Of a DNA stretch of 64,000 nt, positions 28,068-39,808 are shown piece after piece. Where the stretch lies: NCBI GenBank assembly GCA_964234715.1, contig OZ174280.1. One strand, 5' to 3'. Origin of the DNA: Podarcis melisellensis (Eukaryota). Under the pieces are notes generated by a model. It saw only the letters and a list, made by a program, of their open reading frames with translations, was not told where the DNA came from and searched no databases. Numbering within the stretch: position 1 is the first letter of the stretch; each line of letters starts with the position of its first letter. The translations under genes and the position numbers were made by a program.

Positions 28068-28195
28068 CAGGGATGGTGAACAAGTGACCTCCTAGCAATT
28101 GTTGAACTTCAGCCACAGCCAGCATGGCTGATGGTCAGAGATGACGGGAGAGGTAGTTCAACAACCTCTGGAGGGCCACAGCTTCCACAGCCCTG
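28068..28195. mobile_element. hAT-Charlie-like MITE
   Basis: CAGGGATG...CAGCCCTG ends; TSD CTGTAAGC/CTGTAAAC. Confidence 0.75.
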
Positions 28196-29820
28196 CTGTA
28201 AACAATTTTCAGATCTGGTGACCATCTTGAAGGGATTTCATAAGGAATCAATGTAGAGAGCTCCCCCCATAACATTTCAAGGCTCTGTGGTACATCTGTA
28301 TCCTTACCTCAGATGCAGGCAGGGAGATAATCTGCTTAGATGCTGTGTTCAGCTCCTCTTAGCAACAAACACAGCATCAGGAAAATTTGAAGAACATAAC
28401 GTAATTCATCTCATCTAGTCATTTGAGACTGCCATTGTTTTTCAACATATGGAATCAATCAGGTCACATAACTGAAACACAGTTTGTTTTCAATGTGGTT
28501 AATGCTTAGGTGTCTGTGTTTGTCTATTGTTTTTGACCAGAATTTCTCTTTTATGTTGTCTGTGTTTTGCCTTCTTGTCTGTGTATTTCCCCCCTTCACA
28601 GATGAAACCTGATGAGGGTCTGAGTCTGAAAAATACATTTATACCAATAAACAAGCAGAAGTGTGGACACTTTAAACCTTCCATATCTTTTGTTTTGACT
28701 TGTTACAAGGCATGTGGTGCTTCAGAGAAGTCAGTAACGTTTTTAAACCAACTTTTCATATGGTTGTTTTTTTAAAACCATGTTGTTGGCCAAAAATGGA
28801 CGCTTTTTTAATAGGATACTATAAAATTGGGGAGGGGAAGATACCAAAATACACTTGACAACTTGTTCATAAGTAAAAAGGGAACTTTGGTACCTGACAG
28901 TTTTAATTCTCCAAAATTTAGTACCATTTCTGAAAAGTAAAAATAGTTGGCATTTCAAAATTTGCTGTCAACATTCTGCTTAGATAATGTCCCAGTGATC
29001 TTGGAACAAGATATTGGAAGGTTTACAGGGACCATACTTTGCACAAACAGTTTCTGAAATGGTGCTTTTGTTTTGAAATGTTCAAAACACTTTCTAGATT
29101 TATTGTGAGCATGATAAAGGTCTTGTCCATAAGATTTCATTGTGCCTGACAGGAGGATGGGGGTTATTTACAACCAAGTATGTTCAGACAGCACTGGCGG
29201 CCGAATCCACCGAGCGGCTCCTACCAAGCCTTGTTAAAATGGATGGGGGCCCTGACGATGCCATGCTCGGTGGATTCCTTTCCAGTGTTGTGCTACAAGG
29301 AATCTATATTCTCATTTGATGTTTCGTTCTGTAACTGCACTAATATCAAAAATAATAATAGAGAGGACCCAAATCTTGTGGAATTAATCTGGTGGGATTT
29401 CTAATAATGATCCAGTTGAGTACTGTAAGGAAGATTTGAGGTGGCATGAGAAAGGGCTTCTATTTAATTTGTCCCATTCCTGGAACTGAATTGCTGCAGC
29501 AGTCTGGTAAGGCTGTTGGACTGCATAGCCTACATGTACCCACTTTACACTACCCTAAACATTTTCTCATCCTCTTCCTCCTCCTTTATACTTGACACAC
29601 TGGAGTTCTGTATTATATTTTTTTTTAAGATGGTTGTCTGGTTTTTGTTGTTTTTACAAGTGTTGTGGGGGGGAATGTAAGAAAGCTGAAGTATTTAAAA
29701 AAATGTTCCAAGGGGAAAAAAGGTTTTTGTTATTCTAATATATTATTGTGTACCTATTGTAAATATGAAACACTCCTATTTTGCAATCCAAGGACTCACT
29801 TTGTACTGTTGTTATATATA

Positions 29821-29826
29821 AATAAA
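29821..29826 (+). promoter_or_regulatory. Candidate distal polyadenylation signal
   Basis: AATAAA preceded by several TGTA motifs and U-rich tracts, followed by a U/GU-rich stretch (TCTGTATCTTGTTCCT). Confidence 0.6.
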
Positions 29827-31544
29827 GTTTACTGGATAAAAATATCTGTATCTTGTTCCTGAGCGAGCTTGGCTTGGGATAGGTAGGATTTACTACTGCT
29901 TGCACTTGCTAAACCAGTGAGGGATATTTACTTGCTGTGTTGCACCAGTAATAAATCAGTAACGGGAGATGCGAAACGAAATATTTAATCTCCAATTTAT
30001 TTTTGCAACATGCCAAGCTCTTAAAACTCAAGAGGCTGAAGAAGAAGAAGGTTAAACACTGCCATCTAGCTACATGTACTGATTTTTTTTCCTTAACAAA
30101 GAAACATTTCCCCCAGCAATAACTGTTTTCTAAAAAAAAAAGTCATACTATTGAGAAATACTTGTGACTGTCAAATAATTAAGCGTGAGGAAATACTTGT
30201 TTAGGTTGTGGAATGATAATGGGGGAGATTTTGTTTTCTATGCTGACTCTCCATTTAGGATATGGGAATATTCATTTGTACCTGGCCTGCGGTATGATCC
30301 TGAGGACATTTCCACGATATCTCTCCTCCTATAGCCAAAGAATATGCACCTTCACATTTAGCCTTTTAATTCACAGCCTGATCAGATTCCCAATTCTCTA
30401 AGGTATATATACACATCCTTCTCTAAATGAGGAGCTGCATTCACAAATGGGTGTTGCATAGAAGGTTTATAGGCCTATGTAGGTGCAGAGCAGGTCAGAA
30501 AATCAGCAATAACCTGAACAGCTGGATAACATCACCAGTTATCTGGTGCAACATGTGAGCATCTGCAAGTATGCTCATATGATGCTGGGTGGTGTTGCTA
30601 GTGTGTTTGGTGATTTTCTTGGAAGCTATCCCCGTCCCCCTTACCGGTTCATCCAGAGAAATCTGATCCTGCATATAACTTGGCATCATGCATAATTGTC
30701 AAAGGCATAATCTTCAAGACAAGACATTGAATGAGCTGCTTGATTTTAAGCTGAGTACTTTAGATCAGGTTTCCAAGAGAAATTAGTATTCATTTGACCA
30801 TTTGTTGACCATTCCGTCAATCCTGTGCTTGTTCTAAACAAGATATGGGACTTCCAATTAGCATGGAAAATCCTCTTCATGTTGAAACAGTGAGTAATGC
30901 CACCTCAGTAACATATTACTTCTCTCCATGTGATACCAGTGCCTCTCATGGAGAGTACCCACAACCAAGCTCTCCAAGTCTACACAATAAGTCAGGATTG
31001 TACAGAGAGTGGTGTTACATGATGCATGTTATGGAAAAGACACCAAGCAGAGGCTGTTTCAAGTGACCTCTGAACAATAGTCATAACATGTACACAGATC
31101 CTTTAATTATAAATTCTGGCGTGTAAGATCGCCACCAAGACAGTTGTGAGCTTCCATTCTTCACTGAGCTGTTTCCCCCTGCTCACATTGTGTATTAGAT
31201 TCCATATATTTACTTTCTCTAAATTATTAAGCAGGAAGCAGTAATCAGAAGGAACTATTGATGGATGCTGGGGAGAGATTTTTTGTTTTCGTTTCTAGAA
31301 AATTGATAACATATCCATGTGTCTTGCCTGTTTTCTGTTGTACTCTGCTGCAATAGCCCTTTATTTGGACACCAGAGAAATCAAGCTTGTGTCCACCAAC
31401 AGCATAAAGTAATCTTAGATGAAGCTAGCAAACACAGTCAAATTACAACAAAAAGAAGAGTACCACACTCAGCAATGATGGGTCTTACCACAAAGTATGC
31501 CACAATTTTTAATGCTTTAAAAAACTTGTCACATGGATGCTTTA

Positions 31545-31605
31545 GTAGAAGTTGGACTGCATGACCCTAGGGGTCCCTTCTAACTGTACAATTCTATCAT
31601 TCTAT
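31545..31605 (+). mobile_element. CR1-type 3' terminal fragment
   Basis: GTTGGACTGCATGACCCTAGGGGTCCCTTCTAACTGTACAATTCTATCATTCTAT. Confidence 0.7.
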
Positions 31606-31827
31606 TGTTTTCCTCTCCTCACTTAACAAATACTGTGGCCCATTAGATATTCTCATTCATTTTGTCGTTGATCTACCAAGCAAGAAATGCTGGCTACAGC
31701 CCTGCTCTTGAATCACAGAGGACCTGGTACTCACCATGAAGTTGTTACTGTAAGTGTCACACTTTTTAACAACCAAAAAAAGAGGGGCTGGTACTCTGTA
31801 CCCTTGAGTACCCCATGGGGAAAAAGC

Positions 31828-31895
31828 TGTGTGTGTGTGTGTGCGTGCGCACGCGCGCGCGTGTGTGTGTGTACACACACACACACACACACACA
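31828..31895. repeat. Compound (GT)/(GC)/(AC) microsatellite
   Basis: 68 nt of uninterrupted purine-pyrimidine alternation. Confidence 0.95.
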
Positions 31896-31967
31896 ATTTT
31901 CTCATGAAAATTGAAAGGGTGGAGGGAGGAACTGTCAACCATAAGAGTTCGGGGGTGCCTTTAAATT

Positions 31968-32143
31968 AAGGTGGCCAAGTGCAAAAAAGGAGAGGGTTCC
32001 TGCACCTGTAATAGTTGTTTGGAAGAGGTAATTGCAGCAGGTGTTGCTTATTAATGATGCAAGCTACACCTGCTGAAAGTCCCTTCAACTCAGCTATTCT
32101 AGGTATAGGAGCCTCCTCCCCCCTCTTGTATCTGGCCACACTT
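31968..32143. mobile_element. hAT Blackjack-like palindromic MITE
   Basis: AAGGTGGCCA ... TGGCCACACTT ends; internal CAGCAGGTGT / ACACCTGCTG arms. Confidence 0.6.
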
Positions 32144-34039
32144 TTGAAAATACAATTGGAACTGAGCTGGTACAGCAACATTATTCTGCTCCCCTGTGAA
32201 AGAGGTGCCCGGTCCAAATCCTGTAGTGACAATTCAGTTAGATTTCCCCAGTTTTATAACTTTTAAAGACAGTGAACAAATACTTAGATCAGGAAACTTC
32301 CTGTGGTTGCTGAAACCCCTTTCAAAAAAAACCCGGCTTCCAGTGTGGATATTTAACTGTACAATCTCAGGCATGCCTGTTCAGAAGCCAGCCCTACTTA
32401 CTCAACGGGAATTGCTGCCAGGTGAATGTGCATGGGGTTGCAACGCCTAACCTAAAGCTTCAGATTAAAGGTGAGCAAACATTCATCTCAGTCTAGTCCT
32501 TGTGAGCTATTTTTGTGGTGGTGTGAACTGGTATATATTCCCATGATGTTGCAAAACAGGTTCATTCCTGAGCTGCAGGTTTCAAATCTGTGTCACTGCA
32601 AACAAGTGGAGGGGGGGGCTCAGCCTATCCATTTTCATATTATTAAATGGACAGAAGGAGCTAGGGAAAACAATCTCAACCAGGAACTGAGAACCTATGC
32701 ACAGTGTATGGTATTCCTGTTTTCCTAAAGATCCTGGGAGGTAAGCTGTTCTCTCAGCTGCAAGGATAAAGCATAATCTTTCAAAAATGCATTACCAACT
32801 TTGTACCATAAGAGAGAGCTCCAGGGGAATCTTTCGTTTGCTGACTAGTCTGGCTTGATTTAGCAAAGCTGCATGTGAACCTTGTTTACATATGAAGGCA
32901 TGAGTTCTGAGCACGTTCTCCCCCCAGAAACTATTGTTCCTTGAGGTAGAAAGAATGCACTGCCTTTCCCAGCTTGTCCTTTGAGCAGGCACTGGGAGCT
33001 GCTTCTGAGTGGCAGGAATCAATGAGCGACTTTCCCAGCAGCTGTCTGTCAACTTTAATGACCAATCTGGTTGCAATTACAGCAATGAACTTTCTCTAAC
33101 AGCCCCAAATTACTCTGGGTGATGAGAAGAGACAGAGAAATGGAGACCCTTTGGGGAGGGCAGAAAGGAAATATGCTAATCCAGGACAAAGGTGGAGGGG
33201 GGGGAGTTGTTCACTCATCTCAAAATGAAGCTCAGATTTTTTAATATATTTTGAGAGACTCTGCCAATAAAAGCTCCTCATCAAGTTCCAGTGTGGCGAA
33301 CAGCAGAGAGTTAATGGATCAGAACATTGCTTTATTAGGGGATACTGTCCAATTTTCAGAATGTAGAAATGACTTCATTTAGAAAATAAACTTACAGCCT
33401 CACAGCAGTCCAGCATAGTGATGGGTAAATTCTCCCAGACTGATTTGGATTGGAAGCAGTGATTTACAATTGAAAGTGCACCAAAAAAAAATTCTTTCTT
33501 TCTTTTGCTACAATTTGTAATTGTTAAACCCTTCAACACCCACTCACCCTGGCCTACTGCAGTGGCAACTGCCCCCCTCTGCCAGTGTAACAAGGAGAAG
33601 GGCTGGTGGGTGCCCAGAACCACCAGCATTGTTGCAATGTGCTTGGGGGGACAGTGGTGAAGTGATGAATTCTAAAGCGCTCTTTAGCTGCGGCCCTTTT
33701 AACACTCAACATAAAATGTTTTTTTGACTAATGGATTCACCATGTCTTAAAAACACCAAGCTAGCCTTTTCCTCACTCCTCTTTATTAGCAGTCAGCCTG
33801 AAGAAGCGCTCCGATGGATTTTGGAATTTTTAAAAAAGAAAATTGTACCTTAAACCCTAGCTATGTATGCTACTGCACCTTACCTATTCTTTAGCTTAGC
33901 TTATTTGTTGCTGCTATGAAATAAGTGGCAGTGTGTCAGCCCTTGCGCATCCCTGCTCCAACACACTGCCACTGGAGGGGATCTACCTGCTGTAACAGAA
34001 GGGTGGGAGACCTGATATTCCTTTCCTTCCATAACTACT

Positions 34040-34712
34040 AGACTGGGTAGGTCAGTCTGTACCAACTTGCCACCACACCCATTGTGCTTCCTCTAACCCC
34101 GGATGGAAGTGCTTCCCAAAGATCCGAGACAGTATCCACCCTCCCTTCCCCACATGTGGACGGGGTTTGCGGCACCGAGTGGGGCTCACCTGGGCAGGTG
34201 CCACTCACCTGCTTGGGCCGGCTTTTGACCCGCCCTCAGCCAGGGAGGACAATGGACGGCCGGCCAGGGGAAAAGAAAAGAGGCTATCTCAGTTGCCCAA
34301 GCCTTTTTTGCTGTTCTTCCTTCCAAGACCAGGATCATCAGGAGCGTGTCCAGGCAGCCGGACTGAGGTGAGTAACTGGCCTCTTTGTGTTTTGCCTGGA
34401 TGGGGGGGGGGGCTTGTCCCCTCCACCAGGCTAGGCTGCATTTTTGCGGCCTTCTTTCAGTAGGCCGCATTTTTGTGGCCTTTTCAGCTTTTGCCGGCTA
34501 GGCCGCAGGGGTGGCCTGCTTGTTTTTGCAGCAGGGGGGCATGGCTCCCCTGCCTCTGCCAGCCCGAGCGGGTGGCACAGCCCCTGACTAGGCCGCAAGG
34601 GCGGCCTGCTGGGTCCCTGGCTAGGCCGCAGGGGTAGCCTGCTTATTTTTGCGGCAGCGGATACAAGGAGAATACAAAGGGAAATACAAGGGGAATCAAG
34701 ATGGCATCCAGC
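34040..34712 (+). mobile_element. GC/CpG-rich element, possibly the 5' remnant of a DIRS/Ngaro-type or LTR retrotransposon
   Basis: Abrupt GC rise, splice-donor GAGGTGAGT, repeated hairpins, ends at AAGATGGC. Class assignment is tentative. Confidence 0.4.
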
Positions 34713-37043
34713 TTAATGTGTCCCTCCCCAGAGATCAAAGTAGCTTGCTTTTCTCTGTCAAGCGCCACTCATACATATGTACCATGAAACAATTGCCTAA
34801 GTATATGGAATAAGTGTATTAATAAGTATATGGAATAAGTGTATTAAGAATTTAAAAACAAAACAGGAGGACAAAGGTTAAAACAGAATGGTACATGAAA
34901 AAGAAACAACATGTTTCATTTTAAGGTCATACTGAATATTCTGTTACAGCTTCTTACAAACAGGCTTCTGGTCTCCTTACAAGGAGCCGTGTTGACAGTC
35001 ATTTAAGGGACAAAGGACTATGTTGAAACAGTCAATTTTTAAGAGTGTGTTGACCCAGATGGATCTTGACTGACAGCTGGCATTGTCCTGCCAATCACAA
35101 GGCAGTCAGTAGCCAGGAGAATGCTCAGTGTAGAAAAGTGGCAATAGGCTGGAGATGGGCTACAAACAGAGGCAGATTTAGGGGAGCATGATTGGTTTGG
35201 TTGTACTGGGTGTCAAGTCTCAGGGGTACCACAGAGAATGTCACAACTATTATTTAGAATGGAGCACAAGAAGTTGGAGAGAGGTGAATTTTGGAATCAC
35301 ACAAGGTGTTGCTGAAATTTGAGATCCCAAGGTCTGCCACTGCTCTGAAGGCACAAAATACCAGGCTTTCCTGAGCTCTTGGTGGTTTCTCCTCCATTGA
35401 TAGAGAATTAATGACAGGGAAGACTGAGCAATCTTAAATGGGTTGGGGAGAGCAGAACTGCACCACACCTGCTAGAGTCATTGAAGCAAGCTGCACAGCT
35501 GAGCAATTCATAAGGTGGAGAGGGAGGGATGGGCTTAAAATCCAAAGTGGATAAATTAGTCACAAAGGTTCATTCAAATGATGTGAAGAAGGAACCTAGG
35601 TGAATTAGCACCTTGTACTGTATGAAGAAGGAACTTGATTCACATTAAGCATGTCTGGAAGGTTTGTCAATCTCTAATTTGCAACCATACCATGTTTTCA
35701 GGAACCAGAAGCCTTTGCATTTAAACACTAGCATTTTCGGCAATTTCTGGGCTCTGTTATTGCCAAGGGGAACAATCGTACAGAGAATGCTCATGTGATA
35801 CTTAATATACAGTATCTTTTAGTCTTCCATTCATTACTTCTGAATGTTGTTAATGGTGAACTGTGGAAAGCTGAATATATATTTTTATCAAGGTAGTCTT
35901 TTCATTCTTCTTATGAACATATACCGTTCTAAGTACCTCTTTAGTGTGGTCGTTCCAATGACATTTCAGATGTGGAACAAAAAGTCATCTGGTGATGACA
36001 AATTAATTTTCTGAGAACTTTGTCAGATTTTACATTCATGCAGGATGCTTTTGGCCTGCCTCCACAGACACCACAGCAGGTGTGTACAATATATTGTTAC
36101 ACAAGGGGTATACTCTGTGCTGCTCGCTGTACCACGGCCAAAACAAATCAGGATATGAAGTGTCAAATAAGTGATGAGAAGGGAACAGAACAGAAGCTCC
36201 TGCAATTCAGTGCTCTGGAGAAACTAAGATATGGCTGTGAGTTTCAGGGGCATCTCAGTAGTGCAGGCAATCAGATACCAGAAGATGAAGAATTCCTTCT
36301 CCAAATCCTTCCTCAGGGAGGCCATTGTCTCTTTTGGCCTTGTGGGTTACAAAAGAAATTTTAATGGGAATAAGGAGGATTCCGTGGTGGCAGGGTCATT
36401 TGTATTCCATGCCACCTTGGCCGGATATAACTATACTTAATTAAAATTACATTTTGTCTAGTGTGCACTTCACAGGGCTTTATCTGCACTGACAAGGTCA
36501 AATGATGCTTAGGAAAGTTAATATAAAATGCAGATAGTGTGCTCTTCTCAAAGCCCTCACCCTATCAACCTCTCCTGTCGAACATGGCGAGCCCAGGACC
36601 TGCATCCAGAAGAGCTTCTGAAAGAACTTCAAAATGCAACATGTGGAAACTAGCCCTTTCCTCATATTTAAGGAGCATGTTTAATCCTGCCTGAACAGGA
36701 CCACGATGCTTGCTTTAATGTTTCACAGTTATCATATAGCTAGAAAGACAAGCTCACACAAGAACTCTGAGGAATCCAGCATTTAGAAAAGATGGTTTTA
36801 ATTGTCAGCTTTGCTTTTTCTTTCCCATCTTCTTCCTTCACTTTGTTTCTGATGAACCACCTAGATGAAAATCTAGGTGAGGATGGCATTTCAGAATTTG
36901 ATTTTGTAAACCTTTCATGAGAAACAGTCATCCAAAGAACAACTCCTTTGATTGCTGCCCTACCCCCTCTCCAAGCTCCCTCATCCCCAGTGCTGTCTGT
37001 CTCCCTCCTGGATTTTGTTTAGGTAAAGAAAGCACGGACTAAC

Positions 37044-37878
37044 TGCCACCAACTAATATGTAGCAGACCAACCACACAGTACGCCAATTAAACAAATTTC
37101 TACAATTTACCATAGACTATCTTGGGAGGGGGGTGTTCTTGTGCAAGGGAAACTTTGATTCAGGGAGTCTCTAGCAGGAGTTGAGCAAACAAGAAAAGTT
37201 TTATTTACCAAAGGGGTTCATGAAACAAAGTTGGGTCAGAAGATGCGTTCTTTTAGGTAGAAGTTATTATTTTAAATATAAAGTTGTCACATGCTTAAAC
37301 ACAATAGTATATGCTCAGCTTTTCATAAACTTCCCTTGCTAAAAATGAGTTGTTACACTTCAAGAAGATGTTCAGGTTTCTAGAATAGGTGGTAAAATGC
37401 TCGGCTCAGTTTCTGTTACTTCACTCTCATTGCTTTACTTAGTTCAACTCAAATCAGAACCAATTCTCCCTCGGACAAACCCTATCCTAATGATTATCTC
37501 CCATCTCAAATCAAGCCCTATCTCTCCAACTAAACCCTATTTCACTGCAGCTCTTTCACTTCTCTATTCCCTTCTCCAAACTCCCTCAGAAATTGTTCAT
37601 TTTATTCTCCCTCCCAAAGTGCTGCTCCACACACGAACCCTTCTAGCTAGCTGTCTTGGTAGCCAATCAGAGAGAGGCTCCAGCGCTCTGGTGGGATTCT
37701 GTGGGACTGCGTCAACAGACTCTGGTCTGGCTTTGCTGTTCATCACAAGTGGAAAATCCACAATGCTGCTATGCTTACCACATCACAATTCCCAAAGGCC
37801 TATTCTGGCAAACAGAAACCAAAATTTCTCCCCACCTCCTCTCTTCTCCTTGCAAATCAGCCGAAAGAGAAGGTGACA
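37044..37878 (-). mobile_element. Possible old solo LTR
   Basis: TGCCACC/GGTGACA near-inverted ends, TTTATT near 37200, CT-rich body and a GCCAATCAG box; no convincing TSD. Confidence 0.35.
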
Positions 37879-39639
37879 ACTGTAATGATCTTGCGGAAGA
37901 GGGAAAGAAAGCCCATACAGGGCAAATGGCAGCATTCTCTGGAGAGGAAGGTTCTGGAAATCTTCTCCACCACTTCTCATGAGCTCTGTCAACCATTATC
38001 AATCTTAGGCTACAGTGAAAGTGGTTGCAAGGTTTGTAATCTACATGTAACTATTTTTCTCTCCTATGCCTTTGAGCTCTTTCAAAAATATAGGTTCATG
38101 CATGCCTGGTAAAATATGAGTGTTTATAAGCATTAAAATGTCTGGTTGGCCATTTGGACACAGTGTTGACATGACAGCTCCACTGAAAGTCAATTGTTTG
38201 TTTTGGTGCAATGATCAGTGTGTGCATGGTGAGTACTGAGACCAAGACTCAGGATATCCTAGAACTGCCATCAGAAAGCCAGGAGCAGGGATGCTCAAAT
38301 TAATTGTTCTCCCTTTTACTTCATGTTATTGTAGAATTGTAGGATCCAGTGAAGAAAGCTCATGCCACAAAAACATGTTCTTCTTTAAGATGACACACAA
38401 CTCTGCTGTTTTCGCTACATTCGGTTTCACATGGCTACTCTTCTGGAATTTTCCCATAGGTATCTCCATTCTTCATTGCCAGTCACAGCTTTTGTTTAGC
38501 CTTTTCTCTGTCCTTTTAAGCTGCATCGTATCAGGAACATTTCTCAGTTTCTTCCTGCCTGCCTTTCAAGATAAGCTAATAGATGTGGCATTTTTAATCA
38601 TCAAACATAATCACTACATTAATTTTGACCTGCAGTTGTTGAAATCCCAACATCTTTCCATCTCTACAACACTTTGCTGGAGGGTGTCACGTAATTGGTT
38701 TTAATCACAGATGGTTGTTTTAAATTGACAATAATAAACCCCCAAAACCCAGCGCCTTTTATTCCAATAAGTATTCCTTTGAGTTAACACGTATAGATGG
38801 ATCATTTGAAATTTAAATTTACCAGTGGCATTTCTAGTGGCAGGCAGATCAATGTAGTCCATAGTACTCTGTACCACATAGATCTTCAGAGCTTTCTTTC
38901 TTCTGCTTGGAGAAAGATTCACAAGTTGAATATTTTATTCTCCTAATAATGAGTTTAGCTTTTGGGCCGGCATATAAGCCCCTCCTGAGGCCTAATGAGT
39001 GAACTCCCCAACCCAACCCAAAATGGCTTATTTATGGAATCTGATTATTTGCATTCCCTTGTGGGAAATTCCAGACTCATTCAGCAGCTAGGATGCACCG
39101 AGGACATCATTAGCAAGAGAGTAAGGTGATGGGAATGTGCTTTTGCTTATCCCACAGTGGTTCTAAAAGGAAAAAACCAGCTCTATTGTCATCATCTGAG
39201 TGCAGTATTCCACTAATTATGCACATCTTGCCAGTGGTGTACTAGGACCCAATGGTGAATTTAAGTATCAATAAGGTCAGCAAAAAATTGCTGCTCCCCA
39301 TTTCCAAATTGGGCCTTTATGACCTCCCATTTCCCACTGGAGGATGGGCCATTTGGAGCATTAAGTATTTCTGGCATGCTGACTTTCCCATGTGTTGACC
39401 TTTAATTCTGCCCTTGTAGGATGCTCCTACTGATAGAGGCTCCACTTCTCATCACCCTGATGAAATTCTAATTGCCTGTAACTAATTTTAAAGAATTTGC
39501 AATTGTATAATCTTTAGCCATCTCTGTAATCACACACGTAATTTTAGGGAAATTCAGATCACATATCTCATAGGCAGCAACTCTCATATAACGCATAGAG
39601 AAAGCTGGCTTTGAATATGGGAGACTTAAATTTAAGTCA

Positions 39640-39808
39640 GGGCCAGATCTCAGAAGCAGAGCAGATGCTTTGCCTGCAGAACTCCCTGGTTCAGTCTCTA
39701 GTTAAGAAGATCAGGTGGCAGAAAAGTTTTTTGCCTGAGATCTGCCTCAGTCGGAATAGACAATATTGGTCAAGATGAACAAATAGTGTGACTTTGTGTG
39801 TGGCATGC
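39640..39808 (+). mobile_element. Old tRNA-derived SINE (Squam3-like)
   Basis: AGAGCAGATGCTTTGCCTGCAGAACTCCCTGGTTCAGTCTC head, similar to the 11503 copy. Confidence 0.5.

Larger units (their letters stand above)
20477..29845 (+). other. PLXNA2: Putative long 3' UTR of PLXNA2 (3' end inferred)
   Basis: Follows the stop codon. U-rich, UGUA-rich terminal-looking block at 29600-29845 ends in AATAAA. The true extent needs RNA data. Confidence 0.55.

Noticed and set aside
29069-29089. 9-bp triloop hairpin as a Roquin CDE
   Set aside because: The loop is ATG with a GAA/TTC closing stem, not the UUC-YRY-GAA consensus.
29252-29258. CTGACGA in the UTR hairpin bulge as a hammerhead box, or the hairpin as a SECIS or pre-miRNA
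   Set aside because: No correctly placed GAAA/helix II; no AUGA...AA...GA SECIS geometry; the large bulge is atypical of a pre-miRNA.
34431-34640. CRISPR-like repeat-spacer array
   Set aside because: Vertebrate DNA, irregular spacers of about 9-72 nt, degenerate repeats and no cas genes.
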